Source of the DNA: a virus
DNA: 64,000 nt
Strand: one strand, 5' to 3'
Virus record (IMG/VR): IMGVR_UViG_3300027749_000100
Coordinates: 6,470-70,469 of that record
Positions 38,801 to 46,642 of this stretch are shown one piece after another. The position numbers and the translations under genes are program-made. Position 1 is the first letter of the stretch; the number at the start of each line of letters is the position of its first letter. The notes beneath the pieces are model-generated. The model was not told the origin of the DNA. It saw only the letters and a program-made list of their open reading frames with translations, and ran no database searches.

Positions 38801-41078
38801 TTGTTTTGTCAACAGCGACGCATTGTGAACCAGATTGTGCAATACGACTGTATCCCGAAACATAATTTCCAACTTCACCAACATCTTTATATCTATAATA
38901 ATATGTAGATCGTATAAAACTTTTGGAAGAACTGGTAAATGGATACGAGTATGCGTTGTTTTTTATTTTACTTAAGGACGACCGCGGCAAGGAAAAGGAT
39001 TTGGAAGAACTGGTAGAAATATTGTTTAGGTAATTTGTCGAAAGAGGAAACAATTCGCAAAGGCGATATGAAAAATTATTAGAAATTTTATTTTTTGAGG
39101 ATACAGAATAATAAGAAATAATGGGAGTAAAATAACGCTGAACGGTGTTTGAGCTATTATTCGCCACATAGACAAACTTCCCCGTGGGATCACAGGCAAC
39201 GCCGTAGGGACTAGTTCCCGTTGCTGCCGTCCCGACCGAGGTCAATGCTCCGGTACTTGCATTGATCGTATAGGCCTGAACGGTGTCTGCATTAGCATTC
39301 GTCACATACACAAACTTCCCCGTGGGATCACAGGCAACACCACGAGGAGCACTCCCCGTTGCCGCTGTTCCCACCGAGGTCAATGCTCCGGTGATTGCAT
39401 TGATTGTGTAGGCCTGAACGGTGTTTGAAACATAATTCGTCACATACACAAACTTCCCCGTGGGATCACAGGCAACACCACGAGGAGCACTCCCCGTTGC
39501 CACCGCTCCCACCGAGGTCAATGCTCCGGTGATTGCATTGATCGTGTAGGCCTCAACGTCGAATGAAGTAGCAATCGTCACATACAAAAACTTCCCCGTG
39601 GGGTCACAGGCCACTTCATAGGGAGTTGTCCCCGTTGCTTTTGTTCCCACCGAGGTTAATGCTCCGGTACTTGCATTGATTGTGTAATACTGAACGGTGT
39701 TTGAAACTCGATTCAACACATACACAAATTTCCCTGTGGGGTCACAGGCCACTCCATAGGGATAAGTTCCCGTTGACACTGCTCCCACCGAAGTCAATGC
39801 GCCGGTACTTGCATTGATCGTGTAGGCCTCAACGGTGCCAAAACTAAGGTTGGTCACATAGACAAATTTCCCCGTGGGATCACAGGCAACACCGGAGGGA
39901 GCTGATCCCGTTGCGGTTGTTCCCACCGAGGTCAATGCGCCGGTACTTGCATTGATTGTGTAGGCCGAAACGCTGGCTGAGCTATTATTCACCACATAGA
40001 CAAATTTTCCCGTGGGATCGCAAGCAACGTTGTAGGGAGTTGTCCCCGTTGCCGCTGTTCCCACCGAGGTCAATGCTCCGGTACTTGCATTGATCGTGTA
40101 CGCCTGAACGGTGTTTCCTCCGGCTCCAGTGAAACTATTCGCCACAAAAACAAATTTCCCCGTGGGATCACAGGCAACGCCTTGAGGACTTGTCCCCGTT
40201 GCCACCGCCCCCACCGAGGTTAATGCTCCGGTAGTTGCATTGATCGTGTAGGCCTGAACGGTGTTTGAATACTGATTCGCCACATAAACGAATTTCCCCG
40301 TGGGATCACAGGCAACACCCACAGGGTATGTCCCCGTTGCCACCGCTCCCGCCGAAGTCAATGCTCCGGTACTTGCATTGATTGTGTAGGCCTGAACGGT
40401 GGTTGAATTATAATTCGTCACATACACGAATTTCCCCGTGGGATCACAGGCAACGTTTTGGGGAAAACTCCCCGTTGCTGCCGTCCCGACCGAGGTCAAT
40501 GCTCCGGTGATTGCATTGATTGTGTAGGCCTGAACGGTGTCTGATTGATTATTCGTCACATACACAAATTTCCCCGTGGGATCACAGGCAACGCCTGTAG
40601 GGTTATTTCCCGTTGCCGCTGTTCCCACCGAGGTCAATGCTCCGGTGATTGCATTGATTGTGTAGGCTTGAACGGTGTTTGATAAAACATTCACCACATA
40701 GACAAACTTCCCCGTGGGATCACAGGCAACACCGAGGGCACCTGTTCCCGCTGCCGTTGTTCCCATCGAGGTCAATGCTCCGGTAACACTGTTGATCGTG
40801 TAGGCCGAAACCGTATATGAACTGCCATTCACCACATAGACAAACTTCCCCGTGGGATCACAAGCAACGCCTCGGGGATTAGTTCCCGTTGCCGTTGTTC
40901 CCACCGAGGTCAATGCTCCGGTAGTTGCATTGATCGTGTAGGCCTGAACGGTGTTTGAAACATAATTCGTCACATACACAAACTTCCCCGTGGGATCACA
41001 GGCAACACCCCAAGGATTTGTTCCCGCGCTTACAGGATTAACATTGGGAAAATTATATCCAGCATCAATTTGCGCCAT
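35802..41078 (-). CDS. Multi-beta-propeller adhesin-like protein (14+7+7 conserved blades plus ~7 divergent blades)
   Basis: 28 near-identical blades in three blocks, separated by AT-rich divergent segments. Confidence 0.88.
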   Translation of the reverse strand: MAQIDAGYNFPNVNPVSAGTNPWGVACDPTGKFVYVTNYVSNTVQAYTINATTGALTSVGTTATGTNPRGVACDPTGKFVYVVNGSSYTVSAYTINSVTGALTSMGTTAAGTGALGVACDPTGKFVYVVNVLSNTVQAYTINAITGALTSVGTAATGNNPTGVACDPTGKFVYVTNNQSDTVQAYTINAITGALTSVGTAATGSFPQNVACDPTGKFVYVTNYNSTTVQAYTINASTGALTSAGAVATGTYPVGVACDPTGKFVYVANQYSNTVQAYTINATTGALTSVGAVATGTSPQGVACDPTGKFVFVANSFTGAGGNTVQAYTINASTGALTSVGTAATGTTPYNVACDPTGKFVYVVNNSSASVSAYTINASTGALTSVGTTATGSAPSGVACDPTGKFVYVTNLSFGTVEAYTINASTGALTSVGAVSTGTYPYGVACDPTGKFVYVLNRVSNTVQYYTINASTGALTSVGTKATGTTPYEVACDPTGKFLYVTIATSFDVEAYTINAITGALTSVGAVATGSAPRGVACDPTGKFVYVTNYVSNTVQAYTINAITGALTSVGTAATGSAPRGVACDPTGKFVYVTNANADTVQAYTINASTGALTSVGTAATGTSPYGVACDPTGKFVYVANNSSNTVQRYFTPIISYYSVSSKNKISNNFSYRLCELFPLSTNYLNNISTSSSKSFSLPRSSLSKIKNNAYSYPFTSSSKSFIRSTYYYRYKDVGEVGNYVSGYSRIAQSGSQCVAVDKTRTLMYVGGADKGVLYKINNDYLIKLGEHTVSSGNTIYSAVFHPQKNELFVKLQSETGFYWIRFSYSITTGEFIERQRVLSASLLSEALTSVGTAATETYPTGVACDPTGKFVYVTNQGSSIVHAYTINATTGALTSVGAVTTGTSPQGVACDPTGKFVYVTNTGSATVQAYTINASTGALTSVGTAATGNNPQGVACDPTGKFVYVANYTPWTVQAYTINASTGALTSVGTAATGAGPYGVACDPTGKFVYVTNSIGASGTVQAYTINQTTGALTSVGTAATGSGPQSVACDPTGKFVYVAHSGDNTVQAYTINASTGALTSVGAVATGTNPFAVACDSTGKVYVTNYTSGTVRAYTINASTGALTLMGSAATGSNPWGVASDPTGRFVYVANQSSATVQAYTITTAASSKASITFESYGRFFYALESDVNQLKRFDVKDDTGALNSMGTVATGTGTAPYFIACDPTGKFVYVTNTGTNTVQAYTINATTGALTSVGTAATGTNPYGVACDPTGKFVYVVNLGSNTVQAYTINASTGALTSVGAVATGTTPYAVACDPTGKFVFVVNAFNGVGGNTVQAYTINASTGALTSVGTAATGSGPQSVACDPTGKFVYVTNAIDNTVQAYTINAITGALTSVGAVATGNNPQGVACDPTGKFVYVANFGPYTVQAYTINAITGALTSVGTAATGTCPYGVACDPTGKFVYVANVASNTVQAYTINASTGALTSVGTATAGTSSYHVACDPTGKFVYVVNYGDNTVQTYTIYIGFTFLGTTTLPATMTRPYVTKSDNTGKFLYVGGSNNGIAGILQAYSINQTTGVLTAVGSAISPASTEQCVDLVVDTYNRFLYACFIGPALPSSIFSYSINQSTGALTLVGNYGSTGFTYYSAVDSRSEVFYYNNGSAIEVYSINQSTGALTYINTYSSDSTLQLATISNRNRYLAAATSGYAGLALTQFDYQVSQPSINPDTKINTSRITPYQVNKKITTMLPRNVTYWGT
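36504..37472 (-). repeat. 7-blade repeat block
   Basis: ALNSMG...VQTYTI; seven blades. Confidence 0.9.
37590..38543 (-). repeat. 7-blade repeat block
   Basis: ALTSVG...VQAYTI; seven blades. Confidence 0.9.
39133..41028 (-). repeat. 14-blade repeat block
   Basis: Fourteen consecutive blades with a ~138-nt period. Confidence 0.9.
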
Positions 41079-41080
41079 GA

Positions 41081-43432
41081 TTAAACCTTCAACAGCAGTC
41101 TGCTTGTTGCAAACGCCTGATTACTCGAAGTAGTAAACACATTATTTGAATAATACAATGTGCTTGCAGTGGCAAAAACGACACGAGGACCAGTCACTTG
41201 CAAGTTACCCACGAACGCTCCCATGGCGTTGGTGGTGATGGTAACGGTTGCCTGAGTGATGTACGTCGGAAGACCGGGCGTGGCATTGGTTGGATCGGAA
41301 AGAAGAACTCTGGCGTTGTAACTTGCCGAACTTTTTCCCTTGGTGGTAATGCAGAATATGCCACGAAACGGCGCGACAAGAAGATCGCCAAGGTAATCGG
41401 TTGATGCTTCAACCCTGTGCGAGTATGTGTTTGCCAGCACACCAGTCGTCAGCGTGTTATTGGCCTGTGAAACCAATGCATTGCTCACGCGATGAATCGC
41501 CCCGGTGGTCAAGTTACTGATGATCGCATAAATTGTTCCAGTAAGTGAATCAATGTAAAAAGAAGTGGCATTGACTGGAGTGGCACTTGTTGTGGTGTTT
41601 ACCAAGTTGGCAACATCGTACAGCAGCACTCCTGTATCGGCGGTGAATGAAGACATTCTTTGTGTTTGCGCCGATGCTGCGGTGCCGTTCTGGCTGGCCA
41701 CATAGCACACACCCGCGTAATCAGGCACTGGAGTGCCCCATGCGGCGGCAAATGCCAACGTGGTGGCACTCGGGTGAATGCCTGCATTTGCCGTGTATGT
41801 CGAACGATTCACCATTGTTACCGTTGGCCTCAACATCACTTGGCGTGATGAGGCATACACGTACTTGTTGTCAATGCCAAGATATCCGCTTCCCATCATG
41901 CCAATGGTTGCCGTAGCCGACGCTGCGGTGGTATATCCTGTTCCGCCATAGATGACCGTAATTGCGCCAGCAGGAACGCCTGTGGTCACACCAATGGACA
42001 GAAGAGCGTAGTTGCCGGAAGTCGACAGACTGAAATACAATGTTCCCGTCTGACCGCCAAGATATCCCGTGCCTCCGGCACTTATTGTTGCAGCGGTGAT
42101 TACACCGGACGATGCTGTGGTCGTGACAGTCAATCCTGATCCTGCCGTATTTGGAAAGGTCAGTGAAGTTGCTGCCAACGTTTCCGTGTCAATCTTTACA
42201 AGACCAAAATATGTTGCGCCATAAAGCGTCCGTTCTCCATCAAACAGGAGATCAATGACTGACGTGTTTGCCGTAGCCGTAGGATTTGTCCACGCAAGCG
42301 TTGGAGCGACCGTACCGGAAGACATGGGCCAGTAATAAATGCCCTGCTGGTTGCAAGCCCAGAGGTTATCACCAATGGCGATGACCTTGCTTGCCTGACT
42401 CGTAAGCGCCGAACTTGCCACTGGAGTGGACATCTTGTTGGCACCATACGTAATGGTACCGATTTCCGATCCGCCATTCAGCGGAAGAATGGCGCAATCG
42501 GTATTTGTTCCAGTAGAAGAAACCCAACCTCCAGTACTGTCCAGAGGAATGGTAATCGTATCCAAATGCGATCCGATTGTTCCGGTAACGCTCAAGTTGT
42601 ATGTTCTGCCAAACGGCATGTACTTGGTGCTTGCATCCACGGAAATGGGCGATGCATACACCTTGCTTGAAGAGGTGTCCCATCCATACGTCATGTTGTA
42701 GTACGATCCAAGATGAAGAAGGTTCGAGTCAACGGTGATGGCCACTGTTCCGGATGGATACACCGGAGGATACATTCCGCGATTGGTAACTGGAGCGTAT
42801 AGCGCAGCAGCGGCAGCGCCAGTCAATCCGTCCTGTGTCCTCGGGAACGCATACATGATTCTGCTTACGGCCGTTAATTTGCCGTGCGGAGTGCCCATCA
42901 TCACGCTGCTCGTCCATGCCCAGCATGGTGCGTTATTGGCAACGGTATCTTCGGGCACCGCACGTTCAAACTCGAATACGCCAGTCCACATGTCTGGCTC
43001 CGACTTGATGTAGGGCCAGATCACCAAATGCCTTGCCGATGCGCCGACAAAAATAAAACAATCCTTCAGATCATAATGCTGGGCAAATGCTCCTGCACCA
43101 GTCCACGATTCATTGGTGGCAACGTGCGTTGATGCATTCCAACTTTCACAAGTGGAGGTATAAAATGTGGATTTTACGACATCCCAGCGCAAAATAAAAT
43201 ATTTGTATGTTGTCGCATCTGCATTCAGCACTCGATACACATACGTATAAAGCGGAGAAAAAGTACTTGTCGTACCAAGTCCGGGTACAGAGTTGGCGAC
43301 ATAATCATACTGCGTCCACCCAAGCGTGGTAATTGCCGTATTGACACCGGAAAAAATATTCGTGAACGTCACTTCGTTCGAGATATTTACCCGATAGCTA
43401 TTTGCCCCATACAGATAATTTGTTACGGTCAT
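41081..43432 (-). CDS. Putative virion structural protein (aromatic N-terminal domain, beta-rich C-terminal region)
   Basis: 783-aa ORF within the fibre block; contains a GSGLTV...GGTGY insert also seen in the sheath. Confidence 0.65.
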   Translation of the reverse strand: MTVTNYLYGANSYRVNISNEVTFTNIFSGVNTAITTLGWTQYDYVANSVPGLGTTSTFSPLYTYVYRVLNADATTYKYFILRWDVVKSTFYTSTCESWNASTHVATNESWTGAGAFAQHYDLKDCFIFVGASARHLVIWPYIKSEPDMWTGVFEFERAVPEDTVANNAPCWAWTSSVMMGTPHGKLTAVSRIMYAFPRTQDGLTGAAAAALYAPVTNRGMYPPVYPSGTVAITVDSNLLHLGSYYNMTYGWDTSSSKVYASPISVDASTKYMPFGRTYNLSVTGTIGSHLDTITIPLDSTGGWVSSTGTNTDCAILPLNGGSEIGTITYGANKMSTPVASSALTSQASKVIAIGDNLWACNQQGIYYWPMSSGTVAPTLAWTNPTATANTSVIDLLFDGERTLYGATYFGLVKIDTETLAATSLTFPNTAGSGLTVTTTASSGVITAATISAGGTGYLGGQTGTLYFSLSTSGNYALLSIGVTTGVPAGAITVIYGGTGYTTAASATATIGMMGSGYLGIDNKYVYASSRQVMLRPTVTMVNRSTYTANAGIHPSATTLAFAAAWGTPVPDYAGVCYVASQNGTAASAQTQRMSSFTADTGVLLYDVANLVNTTTSATPVNATSFYIDSLTGTIYAIISNLTTGAIHRVSNALVSQANNTLTTGVLANTYSHRVEASTDYLGDLLVAPFRGIFCITTKGKSSASYNARVLLSDPTNATPGLPTYITQATVTITTNAMGAFVGNLQVTGPRVVFATASTLYYSNNVFTTSSNQAFATSRLLLKV

Positions 43433-43447
43433 TCTTTGCTCCCTGAA

Positions 43448-46400
43448 TTATGGCTGAGTATAGTATAGCGTAATGGATGCATCTGAGGCTCCATTTGATG
43501 ACACTGTGTCAATGTAGATGGCGTCACTTGATGTAGATGCAGTGGTGATTGTAACAATGGAAGAAACGTATTGATTTTGCGCAATGGTCAACGTGCCAAT
43601 TGTCGTGGCATTTTCGCGAAGAGTAAAAACAAGCGCTCCTGTGGTTGGCGCAACGGAGCAGGAAGCATACGCGGTGGTGATGATAATGTTTGCGGGAGGA
43701 GACCATCTCGGACTTGTCTGTACAAGCACTGGTCCGATGATATTGTAGGTCTTTGAATATATTGTTGATCCGCCACTTCCTCCCGTGCCGTTCGATGCGG
43801 CAGTGATTCTTCCTTGGGCATCCACGGTGATATTGGCACTGGTATATGAAGCGGGTGTCACCGCGGTGTTTGCCAAGGCTACGGTGACCGCAGCAGAACC
43901 GTCAAAACTGGTTCCACTCAATCCCGTTCCAATGGTCAAAGCATTGGTGGTTGTACCTCCTCCACCTCCGCCTCCCGTGCCGTTCGATGCTGCGGTAATG
44001 CGACCTTTCGAGTCAACAGTAATATTTGCATTGGTATACGAAGCAGGTGTCACCGCAGTATTTGCCAGTGTCAGGGTAATCGCCGTCGTGCCCGAACCAG
44101 AGGCGTCTCCGCTCACGGTAATCGATTGGTTTCCTGTCAGGTACGTCGAGGTATCCAGCGACCATGTATCAGCAGCCGTCTTCTTCAGAAGACCCGATGT
44201 CCCAGACAGACCGGCAATCGCCGTCAGGTCAGCGTCGAGAGGCTGGGCATCGGTAATTCCGTAACCAGTCAGGGTGGTTGGATTTGTTCCGGCAGTGATC
44301 CGGCCCTTCGTATCTACCGTGACGCTTCGGTATGTACTGGCGCTGACTCCCGTTGTAGCCAGTGTCAAAGTAATCGCGGTCGTGCCTGAACCCGCTGCAT
44401 CTCCGCTCACGGTAATCGACTGGTTTGCCGTCAGATATGTCGAGGTATCCAGCGACCATGTATCAGCAGCCGTCTTCTTCAGAAGACCCGCTGTTCCGAC
44501 AAGACCGGCAATCGCCGTCAGGTCTGCATCCAGAGGCTGGGCATCGGTAATTCCGTAACCTGAAAGGGTCGTAGCCGTAGGCCCAGTCGTGCCGTTCGAT
44601 GCTGCGGTAATGCGTCCTTTCGAGTCAACAGTAATATTCGCATTGGTATATGAGGCGGGTGTCACCGCAGTATTTGCCAGTGTCAAGGTAATCGCGGTTG
44701 TTCCCGAACCAGAAGCGTCTCCGGTAACCGAGACGGACTGATTTCCTGTCAGATACGTCGAGGTATCCAGCGACCATGTATCAGCAGCCGTCTTCTTCAG
44801 AAGACCCGATGTCCCAGACAAACCGGCAATCGCCGTCAGGTCAGCGTCGAGAGGCTGGGCATCGGTAATTCCGTAACCTGAAAGGGTCGTAGCCGTAGGC
44901 CCAGTCGTGCCGTTCGATGCTGCGGTAATGCGACCTTTCGAGTCAACAGTAATATTCGCATTGGTATATGAGGCGGGTGTCACCGCAGTATTTGCCAGTG
45001 TCAAGGTAATCGCGGTTGTTCCCGAACCAGAAGCGTCTCCGGTAACCGAGACGGACTGATTTCCTGTCAGATACGTCGAGGTATCCAGCGACCATGTATC
45101 AGCAGCCGTCTTCTTCAGAAGACCCGATGTCCCAGACAAACCGGCAATCGCCGTCAGGTCAGCGTCGAGAGGCTGGGCATCGGTAATTCCGTAACCAGTC
45201 AGGGTGGTCGGGTTTGTCCCGGCAGTGACCCTGCCCTTGGTATCAACGGTAACGCTTCGGTAGGTACTAGCACTGACCCCCGTTGTTGCCAATGTCAAGG
45301 TAATCGCGGTTGTTCCCGAACCAGAAGCGTCTCCGCTCACGGTAATGGACTGGTTTGTTCCGTTTGACCAACTTAGCACTCCGCTTGAACTGGAAGACAA
45401 AACCTGACCTGTTATTGGCGCAGAGGAAGGCAATGTATAAACCATACTTTGTGTAATAGTGTCGGGACGCTTTATAGAAATAAAATTACTCGAAGAAATA
45501 ATGTCTTTAAATCTCAGCATTCCATCTGTTTGCAGCGTTCCGTATTGATCAATAAAAATATTTGGATCTGGATCATACGATTTAAAAGCAACTGAAATTC
45601 CTTGAGAAGTTGAAAAAAATACGGTGTCAGATATATTATCTCCAACTCCTATTATAATTCCAGAGAGAGGATCAACAGTGAATATTGTTTCATCTCGCAC
45701 GTTTCCGCTGGCAATAGATGTTCCGGAGTAAAGTACATTGCTCCAATATGCGGGAAGAAAAAATTTGAATGCATCTCTATTTTCCACGCCATCGACAAAA
45801 GTTTGCTTAGCATTCCAGTTGTTATACATGCTGGTATTCAATGACAAAGTGACAGCATCTGATCCATCAAAAGTATTTTTTGAACCACTAAGTCCATTGC
45901 CAAAAATTAACGGATTTGAATTGGCAGTTGAAGAAGCACTAATGGTTATATTTCCTGAATTGTTAGCAATTGAAACATTTGCTCCCGCTGTCAATTGAGC
46001 TAATTGAAACCCTGTTCCTGTGCCGATAAGCAACTCCCCGTTGCTTGGCGTTGCAGTTTGTCCTGTGCCGCCATAATTAACATTAATTGCAGAAGCAAGC
46101 CATGAACCAGAAACAATATTTCCTAGCGCAGAATTGCCTGACCCTACATATAACGCATAATTATTCGTCGCGCCAGTTGGTGAATCGACATATATTCCAT
46201 AAGAATTTACTGAGTTTGTTATTGAAGTTTCTACAAATAATCCATACGCATTTGTCAGTGAAAGATTTGATAGCGTGCCTGTTTTTTTGGGCACGCCAAA
46301 AATATGCTGCGTTGCTGCATTAGTTATGGTCATTCCAGAAACTAATGCGTTAAAATTGCTAGACTTGTAACTGTTTGCATGAAAATCTGAAACAGTCAAC

Positions 46401-46633
46401 ATAGGTAATAATGTTGTAATTGCGGCTGTGGATGCCGCAACATTTATGCCATTTACATACATTGTGGACGCAGAAACACTGAGAGACGTAGCAGACAAAG
46501 TATTTTTTGGAGTAGATTGAATAGTTAATCCATAGTTTACTTCCGAAGAAGTTCCTACAGCTAGTCCTCCTGTAACGACTTGACTACCAACAAGATCGAA
46601 CCTGTTGGTAGCCGTAAAACTTGTCTGAGGCAT
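43448..46633 (-). CDS. Fibre protein with 98/106-aa tandem shaft repeats
   Basis: VTVDTKGRVTAGTNPTTL.GYGITDAQPLDADLTAIAGL phage fibre repeats. Confidence 0.85.
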   Translation of the reverse strand: MPQTSFTATNRFDLVGSQVVTGGLAVGTSSEVNYGLTIQSTPKNTLSATSLSVSASTMYVNGINVAASTAAITTLLPMLTVSDFHANSYKSSNFNALVSGMTITNAATQHIFGVPKKTGTLSNLSLTNAYGLFVETSITNSVNSYGIYVDSPTGATNNYALYVGSGNSALGNIVSGSWLASAINVNYGGTGQTATPSNGELLIGTGTGFQLAQLTAGANVSIANNSGNITISASSTANSNPLIFGNGLSGSKNTFDGSDAVTLSLNTSMYNNWNAKQTFVDGVENRDAFKFFLPAYWSNVLYSGTSIASGNVRDETIFTVDPLSGIIIGVGDNISDTVFFSTSQGISVAFKSYDPDPNIFIDQYGTLQTDGMLRFKDIISSSNFISIKRPDTITQSMVYTLPSSAPITGQVLSSSSSGVLSWSNGTNQSITVSGDASGSGTTAITLTLATTGVSASTYRSVTVDTKGRVTAGTNPTTLTGYGITDAQPLDADLTAIAGLSGTSGLLKKTAADTWSLDTSTYLTGNQSVSVTGDASGSGTTAITLTLANTAVTPASYTNANITVDSKGRITAASNGTTGPTATTLSGYGITDAQPLDADLTAIAGLSGTSGLLKKTAADTWSLDTSTYLTGNQSVSVTGDASGSGTTAITLTLANTAVTPASYTNANITVDSKGRITAASNGTTGPTATTLSGYGITDAQPLDADLTAIAGLVGTAGLLKKTAADTWSLDTSTYLTANQSITVSGDAAGSGTTAITLTLATTGVSASTYRSVTVDTKGRITAGTNPTTLTGYGITDAQPLDADLTAIAGLSGTSGLLKKTAADTWSLDTSTYLTGNQSITVSGDASGSGTTAITLTLANTAVTPASYTNANITVDSKGRITAASNGTGGGGGGGTTTNALTIGTGLSGTSFDGSAAVTVALANTAVTPASYTSANITVDAQGRITAASNGTGGSGGSTIYSKTYNIIGPVLVQTSPRWSPPANIIITTAYASCSVAPTTGALVFTLRENATTIGTLTIAQNQYVSSIVTITTASTSSDAIYIDTVSSNGASDASITLYYTQP
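43975..45355 (-). repeat. Tandem 318-nt and 294-nt repeats in order A-B-B-A-B(partial)
   Basis: Anchor CGGTAATTCCGTAACC occurs at 44251, 44545, 44863 and 45181 (spacings 294, 318, 318). Confidence 0.9.
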
Positions 46634-46642
46634 TTTCTATCC

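Noticed and set aside
31485-41028. CRISPR-like pattern of conserved repeats with variable spacers
   Set aside because: The period is ~138 nt and in frame within long ORFs, the variable parts are only ~12-24 nt, and there is no leader or cas gene.
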